Positions 49,114 through 57,004 of a stretch of DNA of 64,000 nucleotides are shown here, one piece after another. The stretch lies in NCBI GenBank assembly GCA_943356675.1, contig CALRFQ010000002.1, positions 1,433-65,432 of the forward strand, given 5' to 3'. The stretch is from Candidatus Nomurabacteria bacterium. Lineage in GTDB: Bacteria; Patescibacteriota; Minisyncoccia; Phycocordibacterales; UBA9973. A program made the position numbers and the translations under genes. Position 1 is the first letter of the stretch, and each line of letters starts with the position of its first letter. The notes below the pieces were generated by a model. The model ran no database searches, had not been told where the DNA came from, and worked only from the letters and a program-made list of their open reading frames with translations.

Positions 49114-49205
49114 AACATTCTGGTATTCTGCAGAATACCAGAATGTTTTTTATTTATCTATCCATACATTACTATTCTCTAATTCGCTCGAATAGGCGAA
49201 TAGTT
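49114..49205. repeat. palindromes B (49114-49147) and C (49170-49205)
   Basis: Same B-spacer-C arrangement as 47325-47416. Confidence 0.9.
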
Positions 49206-49256
49206 ATATAAAAAAGGGCAGAACAAATTTGTTCCACCCTTTTTAAGCCGCAATGG

Positions 49257-49526
49257 TTATTTGAGATCGAATTGACCGGATTTTACTCCTTTAATAAATG
49301 CATCCCACTCATCGTGTTTAAAGTATTGTGTTGCCTTAGTTTCATCTTTCGAATCACGTATAGCTACACCTTCCTCCTTTATTGCAATCATTACACAGGT
49401 TTGCGGATTGTTTTTTGACCATTCCGACTTTTTAAAATCCTGCTCTTCAACATCAAAACCAAAAGGCTTTTTCTTTTTTTTATCTAACACTTCGCTATTC
49501 TCCTTTCTGAAATTTGTGTTATTCAA
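49257..49526 (-). CDS. DUF397 domain protein
   Basis: FKKSEWS..TCV.IA..GVAIRDSK..F..DEWDAFIKGVKSGQFD. Confidence 0.85.
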   Translation of the reverse strand: MNNTNFRKENSEVLDKKKKKPFGFDVEEQDFKKSEWSKNNPQTCVMIAIKEEGVAIRDSKDETKATQYFKHDEWDAFIKGVKSGQFDLK

Positions 49527-49593
49527 GAACTATTCTTGAAATCATTTTCAATTATTATAATACCATAATATACACAAATTGCAACCCTAAAAT

Positions 49594-49627
49594 AACATTC
49601 TCACATTCTTGAGAATGTGAGAATGTC
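49594..49627. repeat. palindrome type A (inverted orientation)
   Basis: AACATTCTCACATTCTTGAGAATGTGAGAATGTC. Confidence 0.88.
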
Positions 49628-49653
49628 GTTTTGGACTATTTTGTTTCTAAGCA

Positions 49654-49884
49654 CTATGCCTTTTTGATAAATTCAGTGCGGAGGACAATGCCTTTCATAC
49701 CGTCGATATTGCACTCCACTAGCTCTTCATCATCTGTCAGGCGGATATTCTTGGCCTTGGTGCCTTTCTTGATCACTATTGAGCTACCTTTTATTTTTAA
49801 ATCTTTTATAAGGGTGATACTGTCGCCATGGGCTAGTATCGTGCCGTTCGCATCGCGAACTATTACTTCATCTTCTGTTTCCAT
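49654..49884 (-). CDS. PhnA/YjdM C-terminal domain protein
   Basis: RDANG..L..GDS.TLIKDLKIKGSS.VIKKGT..KNIRL, LRTEFIKKA; start ATG 49884. Confidence 0.88.
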   Translation of the reverse strand: METEDEVIVRDANGTILAHGDSITLIKDLKIKGSSIVIKKGTKAKNIRLTDDEELVECNIDGMKGIVLRTEFIKKA

Positions 49885-49939
49885 ATAACTCAAAGTATAC
49901 ACAATTTTAAAATTTCTGCACCTATCAATTTTATTTAAT

Positions 49940-49973
49940 AACATTCTGGTATTCTGCAGAATACCAGAATGTT
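49940..49973. repeat. palindrome type B
   Basis: Exact copy of type B, between divergent genes. Confidence 0.9.
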
Positions 49974-50006
49974 ATTTTGCATTATTTCATATGATATAAT
50001 AACTCT

Positions 50007-50492
50007 ATGAACTACTGGCTAATAAAATCCGAGGCGTCGTGCTACGGCATCGACGATTTGAAGAAAGATAAGAAGACGAGTTGGGAAGGCGTGAGGAACT
50101 ACCAAGCGCGGAATTTCATGACGCAGGGGATGAAGGTGGGGGACAAGATACTTTTCTATCATTCAATAGGGTCAGACAAAACACCTGCGGGTGTGTACGG
50201 CGTCGCGCGCGTGGCGAGGGGAGCCCATGCCGACGAAACTCAGTTTGATAGGAAAGACGAACATTACGATCCCAAGGCTATTAAGCCCAAAGCTAGCAAT
50301 ACTGGCAAAGTCATATGGCAATGCGTAGACGTGGCATTTGTATCGAAGTGGAAGCATCCCGTCACCCTCGCAGAAATCCGCCTCGACCCCGCCCTCTCCG
50401 GCATGCCCCTCCTCGCCCCCGGCCAGCGCCTCTCCATAATGCCCGTGTCCGAAAAGCATTTCAATCATATTCTTAATTTATCCCAATCCTAA
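50007..50492 (+). CDS. EVE domain protein
   Basis: YWLIKSE, WEGVRNYQARN, GD..LFYHS, RLSIMPV. Confidence 0.93.
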   Translation: MNYWLIKSEASCYGIDDLKKDKKTSWEGVRNYQARNFMTQGMKVGDKILFYHSIGSDKTPAGVYGVARVARGAHADETQFDRKDEHYDPKAIKPKASNTGKVIWQCVDVAFVSKWKHPVTLAEIRLDPALSGMPLLAPGQRLSIMPVSEKHFNHILNLSQS

Positions 50493-50514
50493 TTTCCTTC
50501 CTCTCGCATCCCGT

Positions 50515-50550
50515 ATCTATTCTCTAATTCGCTCGAATAGGCGAATAGTT
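50515..50550. repeat. palindrome type C
   Basis: CTATTCTCTAATTCGCTCGAATAGGCGAATAGTT. Confidence 0.9.
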
Positions 50551-50672
50551 GTGCACTATATTATATTTGCGAAATATCATTTTTATGGTATAAGTAATAT
50601 GAATAGTGTGTTTAGCATTATTTATTATAATAACCTACATAATAAAGTAGGAAAATAAAAAAATTTTAAACT

Positions 50673-50975
50673 ATGAGTTCTTTAAACAGAAACCAGAGAA
50701 GCTTGTCCAGAGCGAAAGCTTTTCTAAAACCGTTCCTTTCATCGAAAAAGGATCGTAAAGTAATTACAGCAGTCTACAAGGCTTGCTCAAAAATTTACAA
50801 TCTTGAATTATCTAATTCAGGATTCAGTAAAAAATTTTGTGACTTAGGTATTAGTCAACAGCAATTAAATCAAATCATTGATGACATTCAGTTTAGTACT
50901 GGCAAAATTTACAACTATAAACAACGCGATCTTCGTGAAAATGCGTTCGACCTTATGGTAATGGTAATGCTTTAA
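50673..50975 (+). CDS. hypothetical protein
   Basis: 100 aa ORF followed by a hairpin. Confidence 0.55.
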   Translation: MSSLNRNQRSLSRAKAFLKPFLSSKKDRKVITAVYKACSKIYNLELSNSGFSKKFCDLGISQQQLNQIIDDIQFSTGKIYNYKQRDLRENAFDLMVMVML

Positions 50976-51030
50976 AACAAAAATTAATGGGACCCGCACT
51001 TTGTGTGGGCCTTTTAATTTGCATGTTAGT

Positions 51031-51066
51031 TCATATTCTCTAATTCGCACGAATAGGCGAATAGTT
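51031..51066. repeat. palindrome type C variant (GCAC centre)
   Basis: TATTCTCTAATTCGCACGAATAGGCGAATAGTT. Confidence 0.88.
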
Positions 51067-51130
51067 GCGTTGCGTTAGGGTTGTATCGGCATACTATATA
51101 CATAGAAATATTTTATGATATAATTTATTT

Positions 51131-51412
51131 ATGAAAATCGGAGAATATGAAAAAGTATTCAAAGCACTAGCAAACAAGAGGAGACTTGAGATAATTAAAT
51201 TTTTATCTGAAAAGTCTGAAGCCACAGTCGGCGAAATAGCAAAAAAGATTAAGCTTTCGATCAAAGCAACATCCAAACATTTGATAATACTCGCGAACGC
51301 TGAGGTATTAGAAAAGGACCAAAGGAATCTACTCGTGTTTTATCAGAAATCAAAAGCAATGCCCAAGAAATTACAATCTCTTATTAATCTATTCTCTAAT
51401 TCGCTCGAATAG
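51131..51412 (+). CDS. ArsR/SmtB family winged-helix regulator
   Basis: FKALANKRRLEII..L, VGEIA, ATSKHL..L; 3' end overlaps a type C palindrome (51387-51422). Confidence 0.9.
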   Translation: MKIGEYEKVFKALANKRRLEIIKFLSEKSEATVGEIAKKIKLSIKATSKHLIILANAEVLEKDQRNLLVFYQKSKAMPKKLQSLINLFSNSLE

Positions 51413-51435
51413 GCGAATAGTTTAATTCATAATCT

Positions 51436-51816
51436 ATGATTATTAAAATAATTGAAAATTATATTTTGGGGTTTGCACTAGGAGTTATGCTTGAATGCGC
51501 GTATCGATCCATCAATGCGCGGAGGTTTGTACTGCCGGATTTTTTTAGCACTCAAATATATGCATTTAGTACTATGTTCTTGTATTTGTTAAGTTTTCTT
51601 TATTTACCCATAGCTTATTTGGTAATTGTAATTGCTGTAATTACTTCAGGTCTAGAATTTATAATTGGATATGCGTATTTAAAATTTAAGAATGTGATGC
51701 TCTGGGATTATTCGAAAGAGTTTATGAATTTCAAGGGATTGATTTGTTTGAAGTTTTCTATTCTCTGGGTAATACTTTCACTAATCTATTATTATCTAAT
51801 CATTCCATTTATTTAA
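51436..51816 (+). CDS. putative ABC transporter permease (CmpB-like) membrane protein
   Basis: G..LE, LEFIIG, LWDYS..MNFKGLICLKFSILW. Confidence 0.8.
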   Translation: MIIKIIENYILGFALGVMLECAYRSINARRFVLPDFFSTQIYAFSTMFLYLLSFLYLPIAYLVIVIAVITSGLEFIIGYAYLKFKNVMLWDYSKEFMNFKGLICLKFSILWVILSLIYYYLIIPFI

Positions 51817-52098
51817 ATGTTTAAGAAAAAATTTATAATTAACGCAAAAGTTTGGCGGTGGCCGGGGGATGGAGGCTGGCATTTCGTGACGTTCGAGAAG
51901 AAGCTATCAGAGAGCATAAGAAAGGTATATACGAAAGGCTTTGTGAAGATTGAAGCGAAGGTGGGTAAGAGCACTTGGAAGACTTCGCTTTTCCCGCATA
52001 AGGAATCTGGCTATTTGCTTTGTATAAGTAAGAAGATTCGCAAAGCTGAAGACATAGTGGAAGGTGACGAAATTAAAATCTCAATTGTGATACAATAA
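51817..52098 (+). CDS. DUF1905 domain protein
   Basis: GWHFV, G.VKIEA.VG..TWKTSLFP, Y.L.I.K.IRKAE. Confidence 0.85.
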   Translation: MFKKKFIINAKVWRWPGDGGWHFVTFEKKLSESIRKVYTKGFVKIEAKVGKSTWKTSLFPHKESGYLLCISKKIRKAEDIVEGDEIKISIVIQ

Positions 52099-52102
52099 AT
52101 TT

Positions 52103-52474
52103 ATGAAATTAAATGAGCTTACAGAAGAAGAGAAGAGAGTGATACTTGAGAAAGGCACAGAGGCGCCGTTTGTGGGTGAGTATACGAATACTAAAGAGAC
52201 TGGTGTGTATGTGTGCAAGCAATGCGAGGCACCACTATATAATTCGAAAGATAAATTTGAAAGTACTTGCGGGTGGCCAAGCTTCGACCAAGAGATTGAA
52301 GGAGCAATCAAAAGAGATTCATATATTGATCCATACTTCGGCCAAGAGATCACTTGTGCGAATTGCGGTGGGCACCTCGGCCACATATTTAAAGGTGAGC
52401 ACCTTACAGAGAAAGACACTCGCCACTGCGTGAATTCTATCTCGCTCAAGTTTGTGCCTGGAATTGAAAAATAA
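52103..52474 (+). CDS. msrB: peptide-methionine (R)-S-oxide reductase
   Basis: GTEAPF.GEY, KFES.CGWPSF, CANCGGHLGHIF, RHCVNS. Confidence 0.95.
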   Translation: MKLNELTEEEKRVILEKGTEAPFVGEYTNTKETGVYVCKQCEAPLYNSKDKFESTCGWPSFDQEIEGAIKRDSYIDPYFGQEITCANCGGHLGHIFKGEHLTEKDTRHCVNSISLKFVPGIEK

Positions 52475-52506
52475 CATTCTCACATTCTCAAGAATGTGAG
52501 AATTTT
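52473..52506. repeat. palindrome type A overlapping the msrB stop
   Basis: TAACATTCTCACATTCTCAAGAATGTGAGAAT. Confidence 0.88.
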
Positions 52507-52514
52507 AAAAATTT

Positions 52515-53090
52515 GTGGAATATATAATTAAGAAAAATAAAAGATCGAAGAATTTGCGAATCATTGTGCATCAAGATGGCAGAGTGGTAGTGACGGCGCC
52601 TATACGTGCGCCACTTTACCTTGTGAAGAAATTCGTCGAGAGCAGGGAGGAATGGATAGAAGAGAGAGTGGAAAATTTCCTAAAGAAAAAGATAGAGGTG
52701 GAAAAAGAGAATGAAAAACTTGGAATACCGAAGAAGATGACGAAGGCTGAGCAAATGAAGGATTATAAAAAGTATAAGGAGAGTGCGAGAGAATTTGTTG
52801 AGAGTAGAATCATAGATTTAAATAAATTTTATAATTTTGAATATGGAAAAATCGCAATTAGGAATCAAAGCACAAGGTGGGGGAGCTGTTCAAGAAAGAA
52901 AAATTTAAATTTTAATTATAAAATTGTAAAACTTCCAAGTCATATGGCTGACTATATCATAGTGCATGAGCTGTGCCACCTCGCACATTTTAACCACTCA
53001 AAAAACTTTTGGGATTTAGTGGAGAGGATTGTACCAGACCATATAGAGATACGGCGTCAACTACACAAAATGGGACTTTCGTTTGATTAA
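52515..53090 (+). CDS. YgjP/DUF45 (M48-like) metallopeptidase family protein
   Basis: RNQSTRWGSCS, YIIVHELCHL..NHS..FW. Confidence 0.9.
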   Translation: MEYIIKKNKRSKNLRIIVHQDGRVVVTAPIRAPLYLVKKFVESREEWIEERVENFLKKKIEVEKENEKLGIPKKMTKAEQMKDYKKYKESAREFVESRIIDLNKFYNFEYGKIAIRNQSTRWGSCSRKKNLNFNYKIVKLPSHMADYIIVHELCHLAHFNHSKNFWDLVERIVPDHIEIRRQLHKMGLSFD

Positions 53091-53199
53091 GTGTTTTCCC
53101 CTAGGGAAAAACTTGGTTCTCTAGGGAGAAAGGTGGTATAATATTCATATCGTTTTATTAATAATTAATCCTGACTTAAAAGGAATAAAATAAATTTAT

Positions 53200-53535
53200 A
53201 TGGCAGCAAAAAAAGCAGTAGCAAAAAAGGTGGTCGCAAAGAAAGTTGTAGCTAAGAAAGCAGCTCCAGCAAAGAAGGCAGCAGGGAAAGCAAATTCAGC
53301 TTTCATGAAGCCAATGACAATCAGTGCAGACTTAATGGCAGTAGTAGGAAAGAGTTCAATGCCTCGTTCTGAGGTTGTGAAGGCTCTATGGGTATATATT
53401 AAGAAATTTAATCTTCAAGATCCTAAGAACAAGCGAAATATCGTTGCCGATGCTAACCTTAAGAAGGTTTTCGGTGGTAAGGCTGTGGTAAACATGTTTG
53501 AAATGACAAAGCTTGTTTCAAAGCACCTTTCCTAA
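53200..53535 (+). CDS. SWIB/MDM2 domain protein with histone-like Lys/Ala tail
   Basis: AKK repeats; PRSEVVKALWVYIK..LQDPKNKR.I.AD..LK.VF, MFEMTKL.SKHL. Confidence 0.92.
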   Translation: MAAKKAVAKKVVAKKVVAKKAAPAKKAAGKANSAFMKPMTISADLMAVVGKSSMPRSEVVKALWVYIKKFNLQDPKNKRNIVADANLKKVFGGKAVVNMFEMTKLVSKHLS

Positions 53536-53680
53536 ATTTTAACTTTCTCTATCTACAAAATGCGCCCAAATGGGTGCATTTTGTATTGATATTTGCTTTT
53601 TTAGTAAATTAGTGTTATTATATAAAGATAATAGCAAAATGCTTTCGAAAGCAATAATTTAACTATAACAAATATAATTT

Positions 53681-54274
53681 ATGGGAAATTTCCAAGGTGG
53701 TAGAGGAGGAGGTGGAGGATTTAGAGGTGGTTCATCTGGTGGCCGCCCAAGCTTCGGTGGACGCAAGAGTTTCGGTGGCGACCGCGGTGGACGCAGTGAT
53801 GGTCCAGCTGAAATGTTTAAGACAGTATGTAGTGAGTGTGGTAATTCTTGTGAAGTACCATTTCGTCCATCTGGTGACAAGCCAGTGTACTGTAACAACT
53901 GTTTCAGTAGTAAGCGTGAAGGTGTAGACCGAAAGCCAAGAAATGATTTCGGAGATCGTGCACCACGCCGTGAGTTTAACGACCGCCCAGCATTTACTCC
54001 AAAGCCATCATTTGATGCTAAGCCAGCCGGAAATTCTGGAATGGAAAAGCAACTTACAGAAATGAATATCAAGCTTGATCGTTTGATCCGCTCTATTGAA
54101 GTGCTTTCACTTCCTAAGCAAGCTCCAAAAGAAATTGCAAAAGAAGTAGTAAAGGCTCCTGTAGCAGCTCCAAAGGTAGTAGCGAAAGCTCCTGCAAAGC
54201 CAGTAGCAAAAGTAGCGAAAGTAGCTACAAAGGCTCCAGCCAAGAAAGCAGCTCCAGCAAAGAAAAAGAAATAA
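53681..54274 (+). CDS. CxxC-x17-CxxC domain protein with RGG N-terminus
   Basis: CSECG..CEVPFRP.GDKPVYCNNCF. Confidence 0.9.
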   Translation: MGNFQGGRGGGGGFRGGSSGGRPSFGGRKSFGGDRGGRSDGPAEMFKTVCSECGNSCEVPFRPSGDKPVYCNNCFSSKREGVDRKPRNDFGDRAPRREFNDRPAFTPKPSFDAKPAGNSGMEKQLTEMNIKLDRLIRSIEVLSLPKQAPKEIAKEVVKAPVAAPKVVAKAPAKPVAKVAKVATKAPAKKAAPAKKKK

Positions 54275-54342
54275 TATTTTATTCTTCACAAAAGCCCTCA
54301 TTTGAGGGCTTTTGTTTTATTTGTTATAATAACGGAATGAAT

Positions 54343-54441
54343 CCCGATAGAAATTTAACAGATCACAAATGTGATAAGTTATTTTATGGGATATTCGGTG
54401 CACTAAGTAATCACATTATAAATTAATAAATTTCACACGGG
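54343..54441. mobile_element. degenerate MITE-like insertion with 6-bp duplication of ATGAAT
   Basis: ATGAAT|CCCGATAGAAATTT...AAATTTCACACGGG|ATGAAT. Confidence 0.6.
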
Positions 54442-55116
54442 ATGAATAAGACATATACATTTTTAATTATTGCAATTGTTATGCTTGCTGGTGGGTATTT
54501 TGTATTTAAGAGTAATAGTACAGAGAACACACCTAAGTCGATAGAAGAAGCAAAAAATGAGCAAGATAAATTATTGAATTTAGTAGCGGGAGAGAAGGGT
54601 GAGTCACAAATTATTAATAAAGAAGTAACTAAGAAAAATATTATGAAAGCAACACTACACACAACAAAAGGAGATATCACTATAGAATTCGGTAGCACTA
54701 CACCAAACACAGTGGCAAACTTCGTAAAATTGGCAGGAGAAGGATTCTATGATGGTGTGAAGTTCCACCGCGTGATAAAAGGATTTATGATTCAAGGTGG
54801 AGATCCACTTACCAAGGATGATAGTAAGATGGCTATGTGGGGCACTGGCGGACCAGGATACAAATTTGAAGACGAACTAACAGCTACAAATAAAAACGAC
54901 GTAGGCACTATCTCAATGGCAAACTCAGGACCAAATACAAATGGTAGCCAATTCTTCATCAACGTAAATGCGAATAACTTCCTAGATGGAAAGCACGTAG
55001 TCTTCGGAAAGGTAGTAAAAGGCATGGATGTAATCACAGCTATCGAGAATACTCCGACCGCTCCTGGGGATAGACCTCTTGAAGCAATGGTTATAAAGAG
55101 CGTTACCCTAGAATAG
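54442..55116 (+). CDS. cyclophilin-type peptidyl-prolyl isomerase with N-terminal anchor
   Basis: FHRVIKGFMIQGGDP, SMANSGPNTNGSQFFI, LDGKHVVFGKV. Confidence 0.95.
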   Translation: MNKTYTFLIIAIVMLAGGYFVFKSNSTENTPKSIEEAKNEQDKLLNLVAGEKGESQIINKEVTKKNIMKATLHTTKGDITIEFGSTTPNTVANFVKLAGEGFYDGVKFHRVIKGFMIQGGDPLTKDDSKMAMWGTGGPGYKFEDELTATNKNDVGTISMANSGPNTNGSQFFINVNANNFLDGKHVVFGKVVKGMDVITAIENTPTAPGDRPLEAMVIKSVTLE

Positions 55117-55169
55117 TCTAGATATAAAACAGTAGCTAATTTAAAAAATTTGTGGTATAATTATCACAT

Positions 55170-55742
55170 ATGAATATCACTTCCGCTACGTTTGTGAAAG
55201 GTGTCGTCGGGATTGATAAAGCCCTTGAACTTGGTATTCCTCAGGTAGCGTTTATCGGCCGCTCAAATGTGGGCAAGTCTAGCACTATAAATGCGATTTG
55301 TAATAATAAAAATTTAGTAAAATCAAGCTCTCATCCTGGTAAAACTCAAGAAATAAATGTTTTCCTCGTAAATAAAAATCTTCACCTTATGGATCTCCCT
55401 GGCTACGGCTATGCGAAGGCCTCTTTCACTGGGCGTGAAGCACTGGAGAAATTGATTTATGGATACTTACTTGATTCTCATTATAGTCAGAGGAAAGTTA
55501 TCCTAATTATCGATGCATTCGTAGGTCCGACGAAAGATGACCTCGCCATGCTACGTGCACTCGGTGAACACAGCAAGAACATTGTGATAGTTGCAAACAA
55601 GATTGACCAAGTAAAAAAATCTGAATTAGCTATTCAAATAGAAAAGATTCAAAAAAAAGTAGGTCATCACACACTCATACCTTTCTCTGCTACAAAAAAA
55701 ATAGGAGTAGTTGAGCTTGTGAATGAAGTACTAAGCGAGTAA
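55170..55742 (+). CDS. yihA: ribosome biogenesis GTPase YihA/YsxC
   Basis: GRSNVGKSS, PGKTQ.IN, DLPGYGYA, NKID. Confidence 0.93.
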   Translation: MNITSATFVKGVVGIDKALELGIPQVAFIGRSNVGKSSTINAICNNKNLVKSSSHPGKTQEINVFLVNKNLHLMDLPGYGYAKASFTGREALEKLIYGYLLDSHYSQRKVILIIDAFVGPTKDDLAMLRALGEHSKNIVIVANKIDQVKKSELAIQIEKIQKKVGHHTLIPFSATKKIGVVELVNEVLSE

Positions 55743-55782
55743 ATCTATACTCCAAAATTTGTTTGCATGTTATAATAGACAT

Positions 55783-56973
55783 ATGTCGCCTAGAGCAAAA
55801 AGGGAATTTTATTACATGATGAATACCATGCTTATTGTCATACTTTTTGCTATGGGTAAATTCATGCTTTATGATCCTTATATTAAAGGTCATGATGATG
55901 TAAATACAAATACTCTTACTGCACAAGCAAGCGATGTGGTAAGTGAAATGCCTACTGTCGTGCAAAGTAAAAAAATTACTCTGATCGCAGTCGGCGATGT
56001 GATGATGCACCAGAGTGAGCTCTCGGCTGGGTACGACAAGAAAACTGACACTTACAATTTCGATAATTTATTTACAAATATTAAATCGTATTTGGAAGGG
56101 GACATCGTCTATGCGAATTTGGAAACTCCAGTGGCAGGTAAAGAGCTTAAGTATTCTGGCTATCCGAATTTCAATGCACCAGCTGAATTACTAACTGCAC
56201 TTAAGAATAATAACTTCACACATTTATCTCTTGCCAACAATCACACACTCGACAGAGGTGCGAGAGGTCTTACAAACACTGTGAAGAATGTGACAGATAT
56301 GGGATTCACAGCATTAGGCACAAGGAGTGATAGTAAAAAGGTGAATTTTGAAATTACAGAGAAGAATGGACTTCGTGTCGGATTCCTATCTTACACATAC
56401 GGCACCAACGGCCTGAAGCTAAGTGATAAAAATTCATTTATGCTTTCTTATATAAATAAAGATCAGATAAAGAAAGATATTCTAGACTTGAAGAAAGAGA
56501 ATATCGATGCAGTTATTGTGACACTACATTTCGGAGAGGAATATAAACTCACACAAAATAAATTTCAAGAAGACATAGCGAAGCTAGCGTGTGATAACGG
56601 TGCAGACATTGTGCTTGGTTCACATCCGCATGTACTTCAGCCGATAAAGTATCTAAATAATGGAAAGTGCTTGGTGGCGTACTCACTTGGGAACTTCATC
56701 TCTGGTATGAGCGCAACTTATACTGACCTCGGTGGAATTTTGAAAGTAGAAATTTCTATAGAAAATGATCTTCTTAAGACTACTCCGGATTTTATAGGTA
56801 CATGGGTGAAGAGAAGTACAGATAGTAGTGGATTAAAGAATTTCACCATCGTGCCACTTGATGTAGATAAAATCCCAGAAAGTATAAAAATCACAAAAGT
56901 AGAGGAGGCTCGCCTTAAGAATTACCGGAATTTCATCGATACTAGGATTAAAACCTACACTTTAAAGCCCTAG
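55783..56973 (+). CDS. CapA family (metallophosphatase-like) protein
   Basis: VGDVMMH, NLETP, ANNH.LD, HFGEEY, GSHPHV, YSLGNF; start ATG 55783. Confidence 0.92.
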   Translation: MSPRAKREFYYMMNTMLIVILFAMGKFMLYDPYIKGHDDVNTNTLTAQASDVVSEMPTVVQSKKITLIAVGDVMMHQSELSAGYDKKTDTYNFDNLFTNIKSYLEGDIVYANLETPVAGKELKYSGYPNFNAPAELLTALKNNNFTHLSLANNHTLDRGARGLTNTVKNVTDMGFTALGTRSDSKKVNFEITEKNGLRVGFLSYTYGTNGLKLSDKNSFMLSYINKDQIKKDILDLKKENIDAVIVTLHFGEEYKLTQNKFQEDIAKLACDNGADIVLGSHPHVLQPIKYLNNGKCLVAYSLGNFISGMSATYTDLGGILKVEISIENDLLKTTPDFIGTWVKRSTDSSGLKNFTIVPLDVDKIPESIKITKVEEARLKNYRNFIDTRIKTYTLKP

Positions 56974-57004
56974 AAATAGGACTTTTTTGTGCTATAATTC
57001 ATTT

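Noticed and set aside
47325-52506. CRISPR array reading of the 34-36 bp repeats
   Set aside because: Three repeat types, irregular spacing with whole genes between copies, and no cas genes in the window
28816-52506. Canonical integron attC sites (AAC...GTT ends)
   Set aside because: Too short for attC (57 bp or more), types A/B lack extrahelical bases, adjacent genes lie in both orientations, and no intI is seen; kept only as an analogy
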